Sequence record: NC_019538.1
Length of the DNA: 64,000 bases
Reading direction: 5' to 3' (one strand)
Shown: piece by piece, positions 44,966 to 54,258 of the stretch
Layout of the letters: every line of letters begins with the position of its first letter
How positions within the stretch are numbered: the stretch's first letter is position 1
The notes under the pieces: generated by a model
Told to the model about the DNA's origin: nothing
The model's input: only the letters and a program-made list of their open reading frames with translations
Databases searched by the model: none
Made by a program: the position numbers and the translations under genes

Positions 44966-45533
44966 TGAATGTCACCTTACCATTTTTAATGGAAATTTTG
45001 ATTTCCATATCTTGAGAAAGTTTACCTTGTGTGTTAACTAGATTGAAAATTGCTTGATCTAATGGTGCTAATTGGCAATTACCAATTTTTAGGTTTCCGG
45101 TAATATTAAGACCTTCATCGTTTTTCTTCAACGGTTTAGTTACATCCCCAAAAGGGGCGGGCTTGATCTCCCCGAACTTAGAAACTACTGGTGTTTTATT
45201 GAGAATAATTTCATTACAGACCCCACCCATTAGTTCATCATCACTAATCTGACGAGGTTTTGGGAGATCTTCAAGCTCAACCTCTTTATCCAGTGTAAAA
45301 TATTTATCAAATTCGTCACGTTCAATGGTATTGAATTCGTCTACCTTCAATACACCATTAACAATAAAACGACTAATGTAACCATCGCTATTAAGCCGGG
45401 TCAAGCTGTCTTGGTTAACTGTCAGACTATAATCAACCAGATAATTAGAAACAATCCAATCATTAATTTTGGCGAGACCGATAAACTCTTTCCGGTCTTT
45501 TGGAGTTTTGAATTTATAAACAAATGCTTTCAT
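44952..45533 (-). CDS. hypothetical protein (YKFKT family)
   Basis: 193 aa, AAGGA RBS. Confidence 0.75.
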   Translation of the reverse strand: MKAFVYKFKTPKDRKEFIGLAKINDWIVSNYLVDYSLTVNQDSLTRLNSDGYISRFIVNGVLKVDEFNTIERDEFDKYFTLDKEVELEDLPKPRQISDDELMGGVCNEIILNKTPVVSKFGEIKPAPFGDVTKPLKKNDEGLNITGNLKIGNCQLAPLDQAIFNLVNTQGKLSQDMEIKISIKNGKVTFSVSK

Positions 45534-45547
45534 TATTTTTCCTTTTA

Positions 45548-46108
45548 TTAGTCCATGTAAGAGCTGCGATATGCAACTTTTTCACCTACCACATCATTAA
45601 TTTCGTCACAAATAATCTGCATGATTTCCTCTTTGTAAGTCAACGACTGATGACCACAATATGGGATCTTGAATTTTGGTTCCAAGAAAGATTCTTTCCC
45701 TGATTTATACGCAATGTCAAACCCAAGACCCAAAACAAGGTCTTTTACTTTTTTCTTTCTTCCAAATTCAACATACACAGAGGAAAATCCACAACAGTCC
45801 CAATCGTGGGGATGACGCTCAAGATAATCCTGATGATATTCATTGATTTTCTCGATTACTTTTCCAACAAAAGAAACATCATATCCAGATTCCGGTTGTA
45901 GTACTGCCGGAAGTGGTTTCTTCTCTTCCTTGTCAATACAAATCAGTTCATTTTCTTCGTATGCACTGATAGTACCATTGGGCCAAGTAACCTCAACCCA
46001 AACCTCCGGATTGTAGTATGATACTACACCAACGACACCAATCAAGTGACGCTGACCATCGTCGTTCATCACATTAGAATTGATCTGAACATTGCTACCT
46101 TCTTTCAT
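45548..46108 (-). CDS. hypothetical protein (SH3-like N-terminus, DCCGF...QSLTYKE C-terminal domain)
   Basis: 186 aa; sigma70 promoter TTGACA...TATTCT upstream (about 46139-46170). Confidence 0.75.
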   Translation of the reverse strand: MKEGSNVQINSNVMNDDGQRHLIGVVGVVSYYNPEVWVEVTWPNGTISAYEENELICIDKEEKKPLPAVLQPESGYDVSFVGKVIEKINEYHQDYLERHPHDWDCCGFSSVYVEFGRKKKVKDLVLGLGFDIAYKSGKESFLEPKFKIPYCGHQSLTYKEEIMQIICDEINDVVGEKVAYRSSYMD

Positions 46109-46177
46109 AGTAATTTCCCCTTTGTTGTTTACGAGATAGAGAATACCAGATTGTGGTTTGTTATGTCAAACACTTTA

Positions 46178-46693
46178 TTACATTAGTTTCAGTTTCAGTG
46201 ACTTTAGTTGGTCTCGGTCGTTTCGGTTGATGAAATATGATTTACCATTGTAATCGGTTGCAAGTGCGGACCCATCTTGACCAATAAACGAAACGGAAAT
46301 ATCTTTTGGTTTTTTGTTTCGACGAAGACCAATAGTGAGAAGGTCACCAACTTCCAGTTCCAGAAACTCAGTTACTTTCTCTTTCTTGGTTGTAAACAGA
46401 TCACCGTTCAGGGTCATTCCAAACATAGACACATCAGTTACATAGGTAACAGTACCACCAGAATGATACTCGGTAACACGAACACCGCCAGCCAGATTAA
46501 ACTGGTCTAAAATAATAGTAATCCCTGTATTACACGCAATAAGTTGCGACACTACCCCATTCTTTTTGCTAATAACGGAAACGACTAGTAGTTTCGATTT
46601 ATAGTTGAATCCGCTACCCTCTTCAACCATAACCCCCGAAACGTCTTTCATTACTTGTTTTTCTACATAAAGTTTTTTCATTACATACCCCAT
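46178..46693 (-). CDS. hypothetical protein
   Basis: 171-aa ORF. Confidence 0.7.
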   Translation of the reverse strand: MGYVMKKLYVEKQVMKDVSGVMVEEGSGFNYKSKLLVVSVISKKNGVVSQLIACNTGITIILDQFNLAGGVRVTEYHSGGTVTYVTDVSMFGMTLNGDLFTTKKEKVTEFLELEVGDLLTIGLRRNKKPKDISVSFIGQDGSALATDYNGKSYFINRNDRDQLKSLKLKLM

Positions 46694-47055
46694 TCTTTTT
46701 CAATTACATCGTTGCAAAAATCAACTGAATTTTCGAAATCATACATTTTGTTCATCAAATCACCAAATTTGGATTTGATAAGTTGTTCCGCCGCTTCTCG
46801 TACCCGTTGATCAAACGCCTCAACGTTGTATTGTTTTTTGATCCGGTTTTCCATCACTTCATACTGGTACTTCATGAAGTTTTCGTAAGACTCAACATGT
46901 TCAATCTCAACACCATTTATCAAAATAGTTAGCTTGAACGGTTCATCCTTGATATCGTTTTTTCGAGTGTCGCGAATTTTTTCCAAAATTTCGTCTGATT
47001 GGTCAAGAAAAAGATGGTTCACAACGAGGTTAGCTTCATCAAGTCCAAATTTCAT
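46681..47055 (-). CDS. hypothetical protein
   Basis: 124 aa, GAGG RBS. Confidence 0.75.
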   Translation of the reverse strand: MKFGLDEANLVVNHLFLDQSDEILEKIRDTRKNDIKDEPFKLTILINGVEIEHVESYENFMKYQYEVMENRIKKQYNVEAFDQRVREAAEQLIKSKFGDLMNKMYDFENSVDFCNDVIEKEWGM

Positions 47056-47067
47056 AATAATTTCCTC

Positions 47068-47406
47068 TTAATCACTGAGTTTACCGAATGGGATTTGTTC
47101 AACAAAAGCCCAAGCGGCATGATAAACGGTAGCACCGGGGGTTTCGCTCATAAATACAGTGTCAACTGGGGCCACAACACGAAACAAAGTTGGCTCTCCG
47201 CCAATCGAGCGAGCCGCCCGTCGTGCATATACTTTAGCCAGCCCACGGTCTTTAGTAAAGAACACACGATCTAGGTTTTTCTTACGACCTTTCTCTGAAA
47301 TTGTATCAGTCATCTCAGGAGGAAGCAACATATTACCTTTCAAACCAAGAGTACAGGAACCGTGATAGAACTCAACATAATCTGGTTTGCAGTGAATAGT
47401 TGTCAT
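47068..47406 (-). CDS. Arr-like ADP-ribosyltransferase-fold protein
   Basis: FYHGS...LLPP...RVFFT...AKVYA...PTLFRVVAP pattern. Confidence 0.65.
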   Translation of the reverse strand: MTTIHCKPDYVEFYHGSCTLGLKGNMLLPPEMTDTISEKGRKKNLDRVFFTKDRGLAKVYARRAARSIGGEPTLFRVVAPVDTVFMSETPGATVYHAAWAFVEQIPFGKLSD

Positions 47407-47446
47407 ATCTTCTCTCCATCAACGTTATGACCCATATTCTACACTT

Positions 47447-47863
47447 TCATCGTTTGGTGTCAACATGTTTTTTGGAAATAAAATTTATTACCCCATCATC
47501 TGGACGCTCAAACAACCAAATGCAGTTTAGATATCCAGAAGAACGTGGATCCTCTGGATCAATGCGCCCAACTGGGATTTCACTATCATATCCAAACTTA
47601 CCATCACCACATACATAGAACCCACAATGGATACTATAGACGATCCCAACGTCAATACAAGATTCCGACCAGAGTTCTACGAGTCCATCGTTATTAACTG
47701 TAATTGCGAATTTGTCGTATTTGTGTTCGTTTACTGGGAGTTGAAGGAACAAATTATCAATTACGACAGAAATGTGGAAACTCTTAAAAATTGGCGCATA
47801 CATTTTTAGTACCCCTAAATATAAATGAATAATATAAGCTATAACTTGACTGATAGTAACCAA
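47447..47863 (-). CDS. hypothetical protein (start probably MYAPIF)
   Basis: ORF downstream of asiA. Confidence 0.6.
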   Translation of the reverse strand: MVTISQVIAYIIHLYLGVLKMYAPIFKSFHISVVIDNLFLQLPVNEHKYDKFAITVNNDGLVELWSESCIDVGIVYSIHCGFYVCGDGKFGYDSEIPVGRIDPEDPRSSGYLNCIWLFERPDDGVINFISKKHVDTKR

Positions 47864-47869
47864 GAGGTT

Positions 47870-48142
47870 TTATTCGTCAACCATACAGTTTATCAAATGG
47901 TCAATTCTACCAGCATCAAATTCTTTTATAATCTCTTTTTTCTGATATTGGGTTAGACTACTTACCATAACTCTGAAATTGAAAATCGTTAGTGGTTTAC
48001 CTCGCACGGTAGTAAACCCTAGTTCATTTAGAAAATCTACAAACCCAGATTGAGTATCTAGAATGTCATCACAGCCATATTTTGCTAGGATAGATGCGGT
48101 AGCTACAATATCTTTCATCAATTCAACTTTTGTAATTTTCAT
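47870..48142 (-). CDS. asiA: anti-sigma70 factor AsiA
   Basis: DIVATASILAKY...FVDFLNELG...LTQYQKKEIIKEF aligns with T4 AsiA; 90 aa. Confidence 0.9.
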   Translation of the reverse strand: MKITKVELMKDIVATASILAKYGCDDILDTQSGFVDFLNELGFTTVRGKPLTIFNFRVMVSSLTQYQKKEIIKEFDAGRIDHLINCMVDE

Positions 48143-48387
48143 ATTTTATAATCTTTATCTCTTAGGATCACATCAGTTCGATTTCGAACATCACCAATAA
48201 ATCTTGCAGTACTACCACATGGAAAAATAATAATACTTACTTCATACCCAAACGCATCTTTTTGGATAGATAGCTTGACCGTTTCCATGGAATGGTCTTT
48301 GAGGTTGATATGGGTAGGTTTTCCATCTTTTGTAAGACCAGACACTACCCCACCACCAAATAATGTCATATCAATCATAATCACCAA
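48139..48387 (-). CDS. hypothetical protein
   Basis: 82-aa ORF upstream of asiA. Confidence 0.65.
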   Translation of the reverse strand: MVIMIDMTLFGGGVVSGLTKDGKPTHINLKDHSMETVKLSIQKDAFGYEVSIIIFPCGSTARFIGDVRNRTDVILRDKDYKI

Positions 48388-48491
48388 CCCTCTGATTTCT
48401 TATGCTTTTTTCCACGAATTTTCTTGGAATTCTCTTTCTTGTCCTTCATAACAGAAGGACGATTGAAATTATGTTTAGCTACTGGATTCAT
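48381..48491 (-). CDS. small basic protein (MNPVAKHNFN family)
   Basis: Manual translation MNPVAKHNFNRPSVMKDKKENSKKIRGKKHKKSEGW; AAGGA RBS. Confidence 0.7.
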   Translation of the reverse strand: MNPVAKHNFNRPSVMKDKKENSKKIRGKKHKKSEGW

Positions 48492-48575
48492 TTTCTATTC
48501 CTTATGTTATGAAAGAGGGGGCGAACCCCCTTGATGTGGTTATAGTCTCATAACCAATACATGTTTGCAAGTGGT

Positions 48576-49025
48576 TTATACTGGGAGAATCCAGAAAAGA
48601 CCGCAGAAGAATCCAGAAACGGCAGCAATAAGAGCCAAAAGAGCCACTACCGTGATTACATTGATTCGTTTGTTTGCGGCTTCTCGTTCATCGTCGGTCA
48701 TTGCTTCCCACTTTCGAATTGACTCTTCGAGGTCTTTAACCCCATCAATACCGCTCTCTATGTAGATCAGTGTCATAGGGTTAGCATATGCCTTACCAAG
48801 ATAGCCGACGCGCTCTTTGGCATAAGATATCATGGTCAGATACTGGAACATCACCATCACGATAGCGCCAACAATAATAGGGCCATACATAGTGGATGCA
48901 GGGATTGATGCAAGGGCTGCTGCCATGAAGAACAGGCCCCAAGTAACAATCGCATTCGACTTGACCCGCTGGGTTTCTTCATGAATGCGTTGTTTTACTT
49001 TTGTTACACGAGTTTCAATAGACAT
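48576..49025 (-). CDS. membrane protein
   Basis: Three hydrophobic segments. Confidence 0.7.
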   Translation of the reverse strand: MSIETRVTKVKQRIHEETQRVKSNAIVTWGLFFMAAALASIPASTMYGPIIVGAIVMVMFQYLTMISYAKERVGYLGKAYANPMTLIYIESGIDGVKDLEESIRKWEAMTDDEREAANKRINVITVVALLALIAAVSGFFCGLFWILPV

Positions 49026-49052
49026 TTTATTTTCCTTTTTACAAAACTATAT

Positions 49053-49481
49053 TTAGAGGAACAACCAAGAGGATATCATTACAGGAACACCAAATAAACC
49101 AAGATAAAATACAAAAACACCAACATATATTACTAATCCAGCTATAGTAATTCTCAGATTAAAGTTTGATGTATTTTTATAAATATGAATGTATTTCCCA
49201 ACGTTATTATCACAAAGGGAATAAAGCATACACATAGATAGAGGATGTTTGAACTCTTTGCCGTAATCTGGGCGGTTAATCCAGTTAACCGTCATAATCA
49301 CAATATCAAAGAGAACATAAAACATGGCACATAATAGTACATATAGATTGACTTCCGGTACAAATCCACAACCAACAAGTACACTCGCTACCAATGCACC
49401 CATACAAGACGGAATAAGCATAGGTAACATCGCATTTGTTTCTGTTTCTGCCTGCTTCTTAATGTTTATTTCTATAGACAT
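49053..49481 (-). CDS. membrane protein
   Basis: Three hydrophobic segments. Confidence 0.7.
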   Translation of the reverse strand: MSIEINIKKQAETETNAMLPMLIPSCMGALVASVLVGCGFVPEVNLYVLLCAMFYVLFDIVIMTVNWINRPDYGKEFKHPLSMCMLYSLCDNNVGKYIHIYKNTSNFNLRITIAGLVIYVGVFVFYLGLFGVPVMISSWLFL

Positions 49482-49484
49482 TTA

Positions 49485-50828
49485 TCAATTACCCTTCAAT
49501 TTATTTTTCAAAGTAGTCAAATCTTTCAGATATTCTTTTTTGGAGTTTGTACTTTTCCAATAAGCTAGATCTTTTTCTGCTTGTTCGTATTCTTTAACCA
49601 GTTTTTCTACTTCGTCTTCTGTCATGTTAAAGATTGGAAGACCAACCACCTTATCAGCATAAACCGCAAGATCTGGTTCCAGAAGGGTTTTGACTTGTTG
49701 GATCATAGATTTCTTCGGTTGATTGTAACCGATTTTTCCATCACGAGCCAGACGAATAAATTCTGCCTTCGCTTTAAGTTCTGGAATCAAATCGGTTAGA
49801 TTTTTGATCATATTTTCAATACGACGATCAACGACCGTCATGCGATAATCGACAAATTCGCACACAAGTTGACTAGTATTGTCGTATTTTCGCAGATCCA
49901 TATCCTCTGTAACCATGTTGGAGTTTGGACCAATCACGTTGATATTCTGATAGATATTCTCAGACAGAGAGAACTGTTTCATGATATTTTCATGAGAAGT
50001 ATCAAAATCACGTTTCAAAGTGACTCGGAATGTAAAATCACCTTCACCCTCAATCTCATCATAACTAACAATCTGATCTTTTTCAATAAGATTATTCAAA
50101 ATAGCCACATATTTGATTCGATTAAAACTAACTGGAATCTCTGTGATCAGAAGCTTGGTTTTACCTTGAAGTTCGTAAACCCCTTCGTTTGTCCATTGTT
50201 CTCCGGTAGTGTTAACCTTCCCAATAAAAGACGGAAACTTGATTTTTGGTTCGTTACACTTCCCGGTCTTCACATAAGAAATACATTCATCAATAACGCT
50301 GTGGATGTCATGTGGTAGGATATGAGTCGCGTAACCGGTTGCAACACCACGAACCCCATTGATCAGCACAAACGGAATGACAGGGAGATAAAATTTTGGA
50401 ATAGAATAAGAATCAATCTCGCTAGGGAGAACCAAATCCAGATCTTTAAATAGTAGGTCAAAATTATCATCCAGTTTACCAAATATATAACGTGGTTCTG
50501 CTGCTGCTGGGTTCTGTCGTGAACCAAAGTTACCACGACCCTTGATAACTGGGAAGTTGTTTGCATATTGTGTCGCCATACCCGCTAGAACATCATACCC
50601 GCTTGCTTCACCATGGGGATACCCGTAGTCAGAGATAACACCACAAAGGAATGCAGATTTCTTGAAGTCCTTACTTGCGTTTTTTATTGTGGAGTACAAA
50701 ACAAAACGTTGGGATGGTTTGAACCCATCTATCATAGAAGGCAATGCACGGTTTACGATGGTGTAAAATGTATATTCTTTTGCTTCGTTATGAATATAAC
50801 TTGAAATAGTACGATCTACGAATTTCAT
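49485..50828 (-). CDS. gp52: DNA topoisomerase II medium subunit (GyrA-like)
   Basis: NRALPSMIDGFKPSQR, YPHGEAS, catalytic AAEPRY. Confidence 0.97.
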   Translation of the reverse strand: MKFVDRTISSYIHNEAKEYTFYTIVNRALPSMIDGFKPSQRFVLYSTIKNASKDFKKSAFLCGVISDYGYPHGEASGYDVLAGMATQYANNFPVIKGRGNFGSRQNPAAAEPRYIFGKLDDNFDLLFKDLDLVLPSEIDSYSIPKFYLPVIPFVLINGVRGVATGYATHILPHDIHSVIDECISYVKTGKCNEPKIKFPSFIGKVNTTGEQWTNEGVYELQGKTKLLITEIPVSFNRIKYVAILNNLIEKDQIVSYDEIEGEGDFTFRVTLKRDFDTSHENIMKQFSLSENIYQNINVIGPNSNMVTEDMDLRKYDNTSQLVCEFVDYRMTVVDRRIENMIKNLTDLIPELKAKAEFIRLARDGKIGYNQPKKSMIQQVKTLLEPDLAVYADKVVGLPIFNMTEDEVEKLVKEYEQAEKDLAYWKSTNSKKEYLKDLTTLKNKLKGN

Positions 50829-50858
50829 ATCATTCCTTATTTTTAATTTATTTTATGT

Positions 50859-50890
50859 ATTATACCACACATGAATACAAACTGTAAAGC
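50859..50890 (-). promoter_or_regulatory. T4-early-like promoter for g52
   Basis: GCTTTACA...TGTGGTATAAT on the minus strand. Confidence 0.7.
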
Positions 50891-50912
50891 CCATCAAAAG
50901 ACGGGCTTTGTT

Positions 50913-51317
50913 CTAGCTTACCATTCGACCATGGATGATAAATTTGTTTCGGATCTTTCCAGTCAACTCATGACCATTATTCATCTGTCCGTACTCTTCG
51001 ATCCCAAGAAGATGGCGAGCTTGGCTATATTTAAGGAAGTAGAGTTTTACGGTTTTTCCTGTCATCAGGTAATCATGAACATCTTTAGCCTGTCCGGTGC
51101 GGGGTTTTCGAAGTCGGATCATGGTTTCACCAAAACCACGTTTTCGCTGTTGATTTCCAACATGTGTCATATAAACAACAGAACTAGCAGGGGCAGATAT
51201 GAAGTAAAACCCTTCTTTTGTTACGTCGCCAGTTTCGTTAAGGTTGATACCATTAAAGTTACCAACAACAACTGCACCAGACTTGACAAGCTCCTTTGTA
51301 GTTAAATTCTTTTTCAT
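50913..51317 (-). CDS. ndd: nucleoid disruption protein Ndd
   Basis: LTTKELVKSGAVVVG, EGFYFI and HVGNQQRKRGF align with T4 Ndd; upstream of g52 as in T4. Confidence 0.85.
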   Translation of the reverse strand: MKKNLTTKELVKSGAVVVGNFNGINLNETGDVTKEGFYFISAPASSVVYMTHVGNQQRKRGFGETMIRLRKPRTGQAKDVHDYLMTGKTVKLYFLKYSQARHLLGIEEYGQMNNGHELTGKIRNKFIIHGRMVS

Positions 51318-51318
51318 A

Positions 51319-51531
51319 TCAATCCTCTATCATTTCAATGTGTTCAAATGAACCAAACGCTTTAAACTTTGGGTGGTCAATTCGCTCGAAGTTAACAACG
51401 ATTGAAGTACCACATCCATACATACGAAAAGGCATAGACCAGTGAGTAAAATGTTTCGCAAAAGTTGCAAAATAAGGGCCTCGACAATGCTCTATAAATG
51501 CCTGCTTACTTTTAAATCTATAAGTTTTCAT
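51319..51531 (-). CDS. hypothetical protein (YRFKS family)
   Basis: 70-aa ORF. Confidence 0.65.
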   Translation of the reverse strand: MKTYRFKSKQAFIEHCRGPYFATFAKHFTHWSMPFRMYGCGTSIVVNFERIDHPKFKAFGSFEHIEMIED

Positions 51532-51722
51532 TGCATCGACATATTAAAAATTAAAAACAAGACAATACCAAGACCCAGTATTTTAATAAACCATCCAGTT
51601 GGAGTGACCATCATTGATTCTGGATGATACATTTCTTCTGGTATATCTCTTTCATTGCCACGACGATCATGGGTATCCATCGACCTAGGGCCTTCATCCT
51701 CATCATATGGTTGATATCTCAT
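51528..51722 (-). CDS. small membrane protein
   Basis: C-terminal TM segment. Confidence 0.65.
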   Translation of the reverse strand: MRYQPYDEDEGPRSMDTHDRRGNERDIPEEMYHPESMMVTPTGWFIKILGLGIVLFLIFNMSMQ

Positions 51723-51967
51723 TCGCCTACCCGAAAAAATTTTCCATCTCGAACCAGTACATGATTCAAATTATAGATGATAAACCCTTTAGTTTCATAT
51801 GGGGTAACAACACGATATTCAACGTCTTTGGAATCGTGGTTTACATGAAAGGAATACACCCAGTCTTTAACCTTTAGTTGGAGACTGGTATAACCAGACA
51901 CAAACGGCATTACTTCCTTATAGCCTTCACTTTTCTTAATGTTTACGAAACTCTCGATAGAAACCAT
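51719..51967 (-). CDS. hypothetical protein
   Basis: 82 aa, GAGG RBS. Confidence 0.7.
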   Translation of the reverse strand: MVSIESFVNIKKSEGYKEVMPFVSGYTSLQLKVKDWVYSFHVNHDSKDVEYRVVTPYETKGFIIYNLNHVLVRDGKFFRVGE

Positions 51968-51988
51968 GATTAAACCTCTTGTAGGGTG

Positions 51989-52052
51989 CCTAGAATCAAT
52001 TCCTGCGAAGAATACATAACATTGTATGAGATAACAAGGAATTGATTCTAGG
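51989..52052. repeat. 16-bp perfect inverted repeat enclosing a minus-strand sigma70 promoter
   Basis: CCTAGAATCAATTCCT...AGGAATTGATTCTAGG; TTGTTA-17-TATTCT lies between the arms (the -35 box overlaps one arm by 1 nt). Confidence 0.8.
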
Positions 52053-52101
52053 AAGATTGGTGAGCTTTAGCGAACCGGCTACGCCGTACTCGTTTCACTC
52101 G

Positions 52102-52154
52102 TTCTAATTATAGATCTTCTATATAAATACTTATAGGGGATCTATAATTTGATT
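52102..52154 (+). repeat. 53-bp intergenic element, copy 2
   Basis: 35-bp core identical to 22168-22202. Confidence 0.9.
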
Positions 52155-52571
52155 TCATTTGATATTAAGTACTTTTTTAACAAGGTTACCATCAAACAAA
52201 AGACCTTTAGTCGCCGCAGCTTTCTTACATGCGCCCATCACCTGACCAATGGTAGAACCATCCACTAGTTTATTGAGTACTTCTTTGATTTCGTCTTCTC
52301 CGAATACTTGGGGGAGATATGAAGTATAAAGAGCCCTTTCTTTTAGAAGTAGTTCTGTTGGTCCAACCTCTTTGATAGTATCATCAATGTTCTTTACAAA
52401 CTTACTTACAACGGCTTGTACTTGTTCGTCGGTTACTGTTTCGTTACCGGCTGGGCTCGCTTCACCGAGAAGAGTGGTGAGAGCCTTGATATGCATCTGT
52501 CCTACTTCGGTAGAACGAGAGAACGATTTACGGGCTTTAATTTGGTCTTTCTTAATTTGTTCAAGTAGCAT
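52155..52571 (-). CDS. GatB/YqeY-domain protein
   Basis: LLEQIKKDQIKARK...VTDEQVQAVVSKFVK...YLPQVFGEDEIK. Confidence 0.85.
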   Translation of the reverse strand: MLLEQIKKDQIKARKSFSRSTEVGQMHIKALTTLLGEASPAGNETVTDEQVQAVVSKFVKNIDDTIKEVGPTELLLKERALYTSYLPQVFGEDEIKEVLNKLVDGSTIGQVMGACKKAAATKGLLFDGNLVKKVLNIK

Positions 52572-52818
52572 TTAATACACCTTTCATATATTGGATAGTT
52601 GATTTGAGGGTTTCCAGATCTTCTTTGCAAGAGTTGTTTTCAACCCAAGCAATAAACGCCATAACTTCTTGAGCTTCCATAACGTTTAGAGATTTCTGAT
52701 GCATCATACGATTATAAACAGCTTCGATTGCATACTGGGAAGGGTCTTCAATACAAACCCACTCTTGATAACGCGGATAAAGTTCATAAAACTCATGCAT
52801 GTTCAGACGAATAATCAT
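52561..52818 (-). CDS. hypothetical protein
   Basis: 85-aa ORF. Confidence 0.65.
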   Translation of the reverse strand: MIIRLNMHEFYELYPRYQEWVCIEDPSQYAIEAVYNRMMHQKSLNVMEAQEVMAFIAWVENNSCKEDLETLKSTIQYMKGVLNAT

Positions 52819-52877
52819 GGTAAACCCCTTTGTTTTGTACTTTTAAATTAAAATACTATGTTGTTAATGTCAATCTT

Positions 52878-53255
52878 TTATCGGATGGAAATGAAGCCAT
52901 ACACACCAGAGGAAGAACCAACAGACATTGCTTCCTTCCAGTTGTCGATGTGACCACGGACATACTTAGAAGCACCTTTCCAGCCATTTCCTTTGTGAAT
53001 ATCACCGGTTTCCATGTTTACAAACCAAACCATCGACCCGGTAGTTTCTTCTCTCCCATAATCGTGCATCACGATTCGAGCAAACTTACGGCCTGTTTGA
53101 TAAGAGTAAGAACGACGGTTGAGATTTGCAGAGATAAAAGATTCTACATGTTCTTCACTATAACGAGCCCGCATTTCGGGGAGAACACGATTGAACCAGT
53201 TATCCTCTGAAAAGGCATTCATTTCAGCAACCATAGTTTCGATTTTGTTCAACAT
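52878..53255 (-). CDS. conserved phage hypothetical protein (GRKFARIV...GDIHK...VRG family)
   Basis: 125 aa, AGGAG RBS, own promoter. Confidence 0.75.
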   Translation of the reverse strand: MLNKIETMVAEMNAFSEDNWFNRVLPEMRARYSEEHVESFISANLNRRSYSYQTGRKFARIVMHDYGREETTGSMVWFVNMETGDIHKGNGWKGASKYVRGHIDNWKEAMSVGSSSGVYGFISIR

Positions 53256-53310
53256 AGTTATTCTCCTAATTGGTGTCTCGTCTCAACAGGGATAGTATCT
53301 CATAACAGTG

Positions 53311-53622
53311 TTATTCGATCAAGTACTTTTCTACAAAAGTTTTAGCCAATTTTAGTTCGGAAACGATTACATCAAAGTATGCTTGTCGCACATCCACATC
53401 TTGAACATTAAAAAATTCGTTTTCTGTTGCGATCTGATACTTATTGAAAACTTCACTTGCCCGCACTAAAGCCTGAAAAGAGAATGTGTGGTGTTCGAAA
53501 TAAGGACCACCATTCAAAGAGAACATTGCCACACTAATACAATCATTAGTACCTTTAAACAGAGATTCGTTTTCGAAAATACCTATTGCACTATTGATAT
53601 CATTGATAATTTTCTTTTTCAT
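53311..53622 (-). CDS. hypothetical protein
   Basis: Likely start MKKKII at 53622. Confidence 0.65.
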   Translation of the reverse strand: MKKKIINDINSAIGIFENESLFKGTNDCISVAMFSLNGGPYFEHHTFSFQALVRASEVFNKYQIATENEFFNVQDVDVRQAYFDVIVSELKLAKTFVEKYLIE

Positions 53623-53623
53623 A

Positions 53624-53851
53624 TCAAACCTCGTAATCCAGAACATCTTGAAAATCAAAGGATTCAACACCGCCACCGGACACTTTGTCATAGTAGCAAT
53701 GCACATCACCTTCGAAATCTTCGTCGTAATAGCTTTCATATACCATTTCAACACCAGATTTCAGAACAACAACGATCTTGTCCTCAAATTGAGTCAAATC
53801 GATATGCTTGAAACCTTTGACATCATGCAGAGCAGCCAATACGTTATCCAT
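53624..53851 (-). CDS. acidic hypothetical protein
   Basis: 75 aa, GGAG RBS. Confidence 0.7.
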   Translation of the reverse strand: MDNVLAALHDVKGFKHIDLTQFEDKIVVVLKSGVEMVYESYYDEDFEGDVHCYYDKVSGGGVESFDFQDVLDYEV

Positions 53852-53928
53852 CTTAATCTCCTTTGGGAACCATTTCCCGACAAAGCTAGTGTCTCATAGG
53901 CCGAAACCTAGGTCAACTACTTTTTAAG

Positions 53929-54246
53929 TTATTTTTCCAAATTAATGTAAGCGGCACGAAGATTAGCCACAACCAGATCCATGTAAATGCGAAACACTTC
54001 GGTAATTTCTCCGTCGTGGGCAGCGCACTCATCGTGACAGTTTACAAACTCAATCAACGCACGTTCTACATAGTCACGAGAAGGACACGGACCAATAGCA
54101 ATCATGAGATCCTGCATATCTGTGGCAGTCTGTACGAAAGTAAAGTTGGAACTCGTTCCTGTAACCACTTTGGCATTAACCATTACCAGAGTGGATTGAA
54201 TGTCCATGATGGATTCACGAAGGCTTTGCATAGTGATGTGAGTCAT
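53929..54246 (-). CDS. hypothetical protein
   Basis: 105 aa, GAGG RBS. Confidence 0.75.
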   Translation of the reverse strand: MTHITMQSLRESIMDIQSTLVMVNAKVVTGTSSNFTFVQTATDMQDLMIAIGPCPSRDYVERALIEFVNCHDECAAHDGEITEVFRIYMDLVVANLRAAYINLEK

Positions 54247-54258
54247 AGTGTGTTCCTC

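Noticed and set aside
47815-47821. CTAAATA inside the ORF downstream of asiA (plus strand)
   Set aside because: No plus-strand gene downstream; likely chance in an AT-rich sequence.
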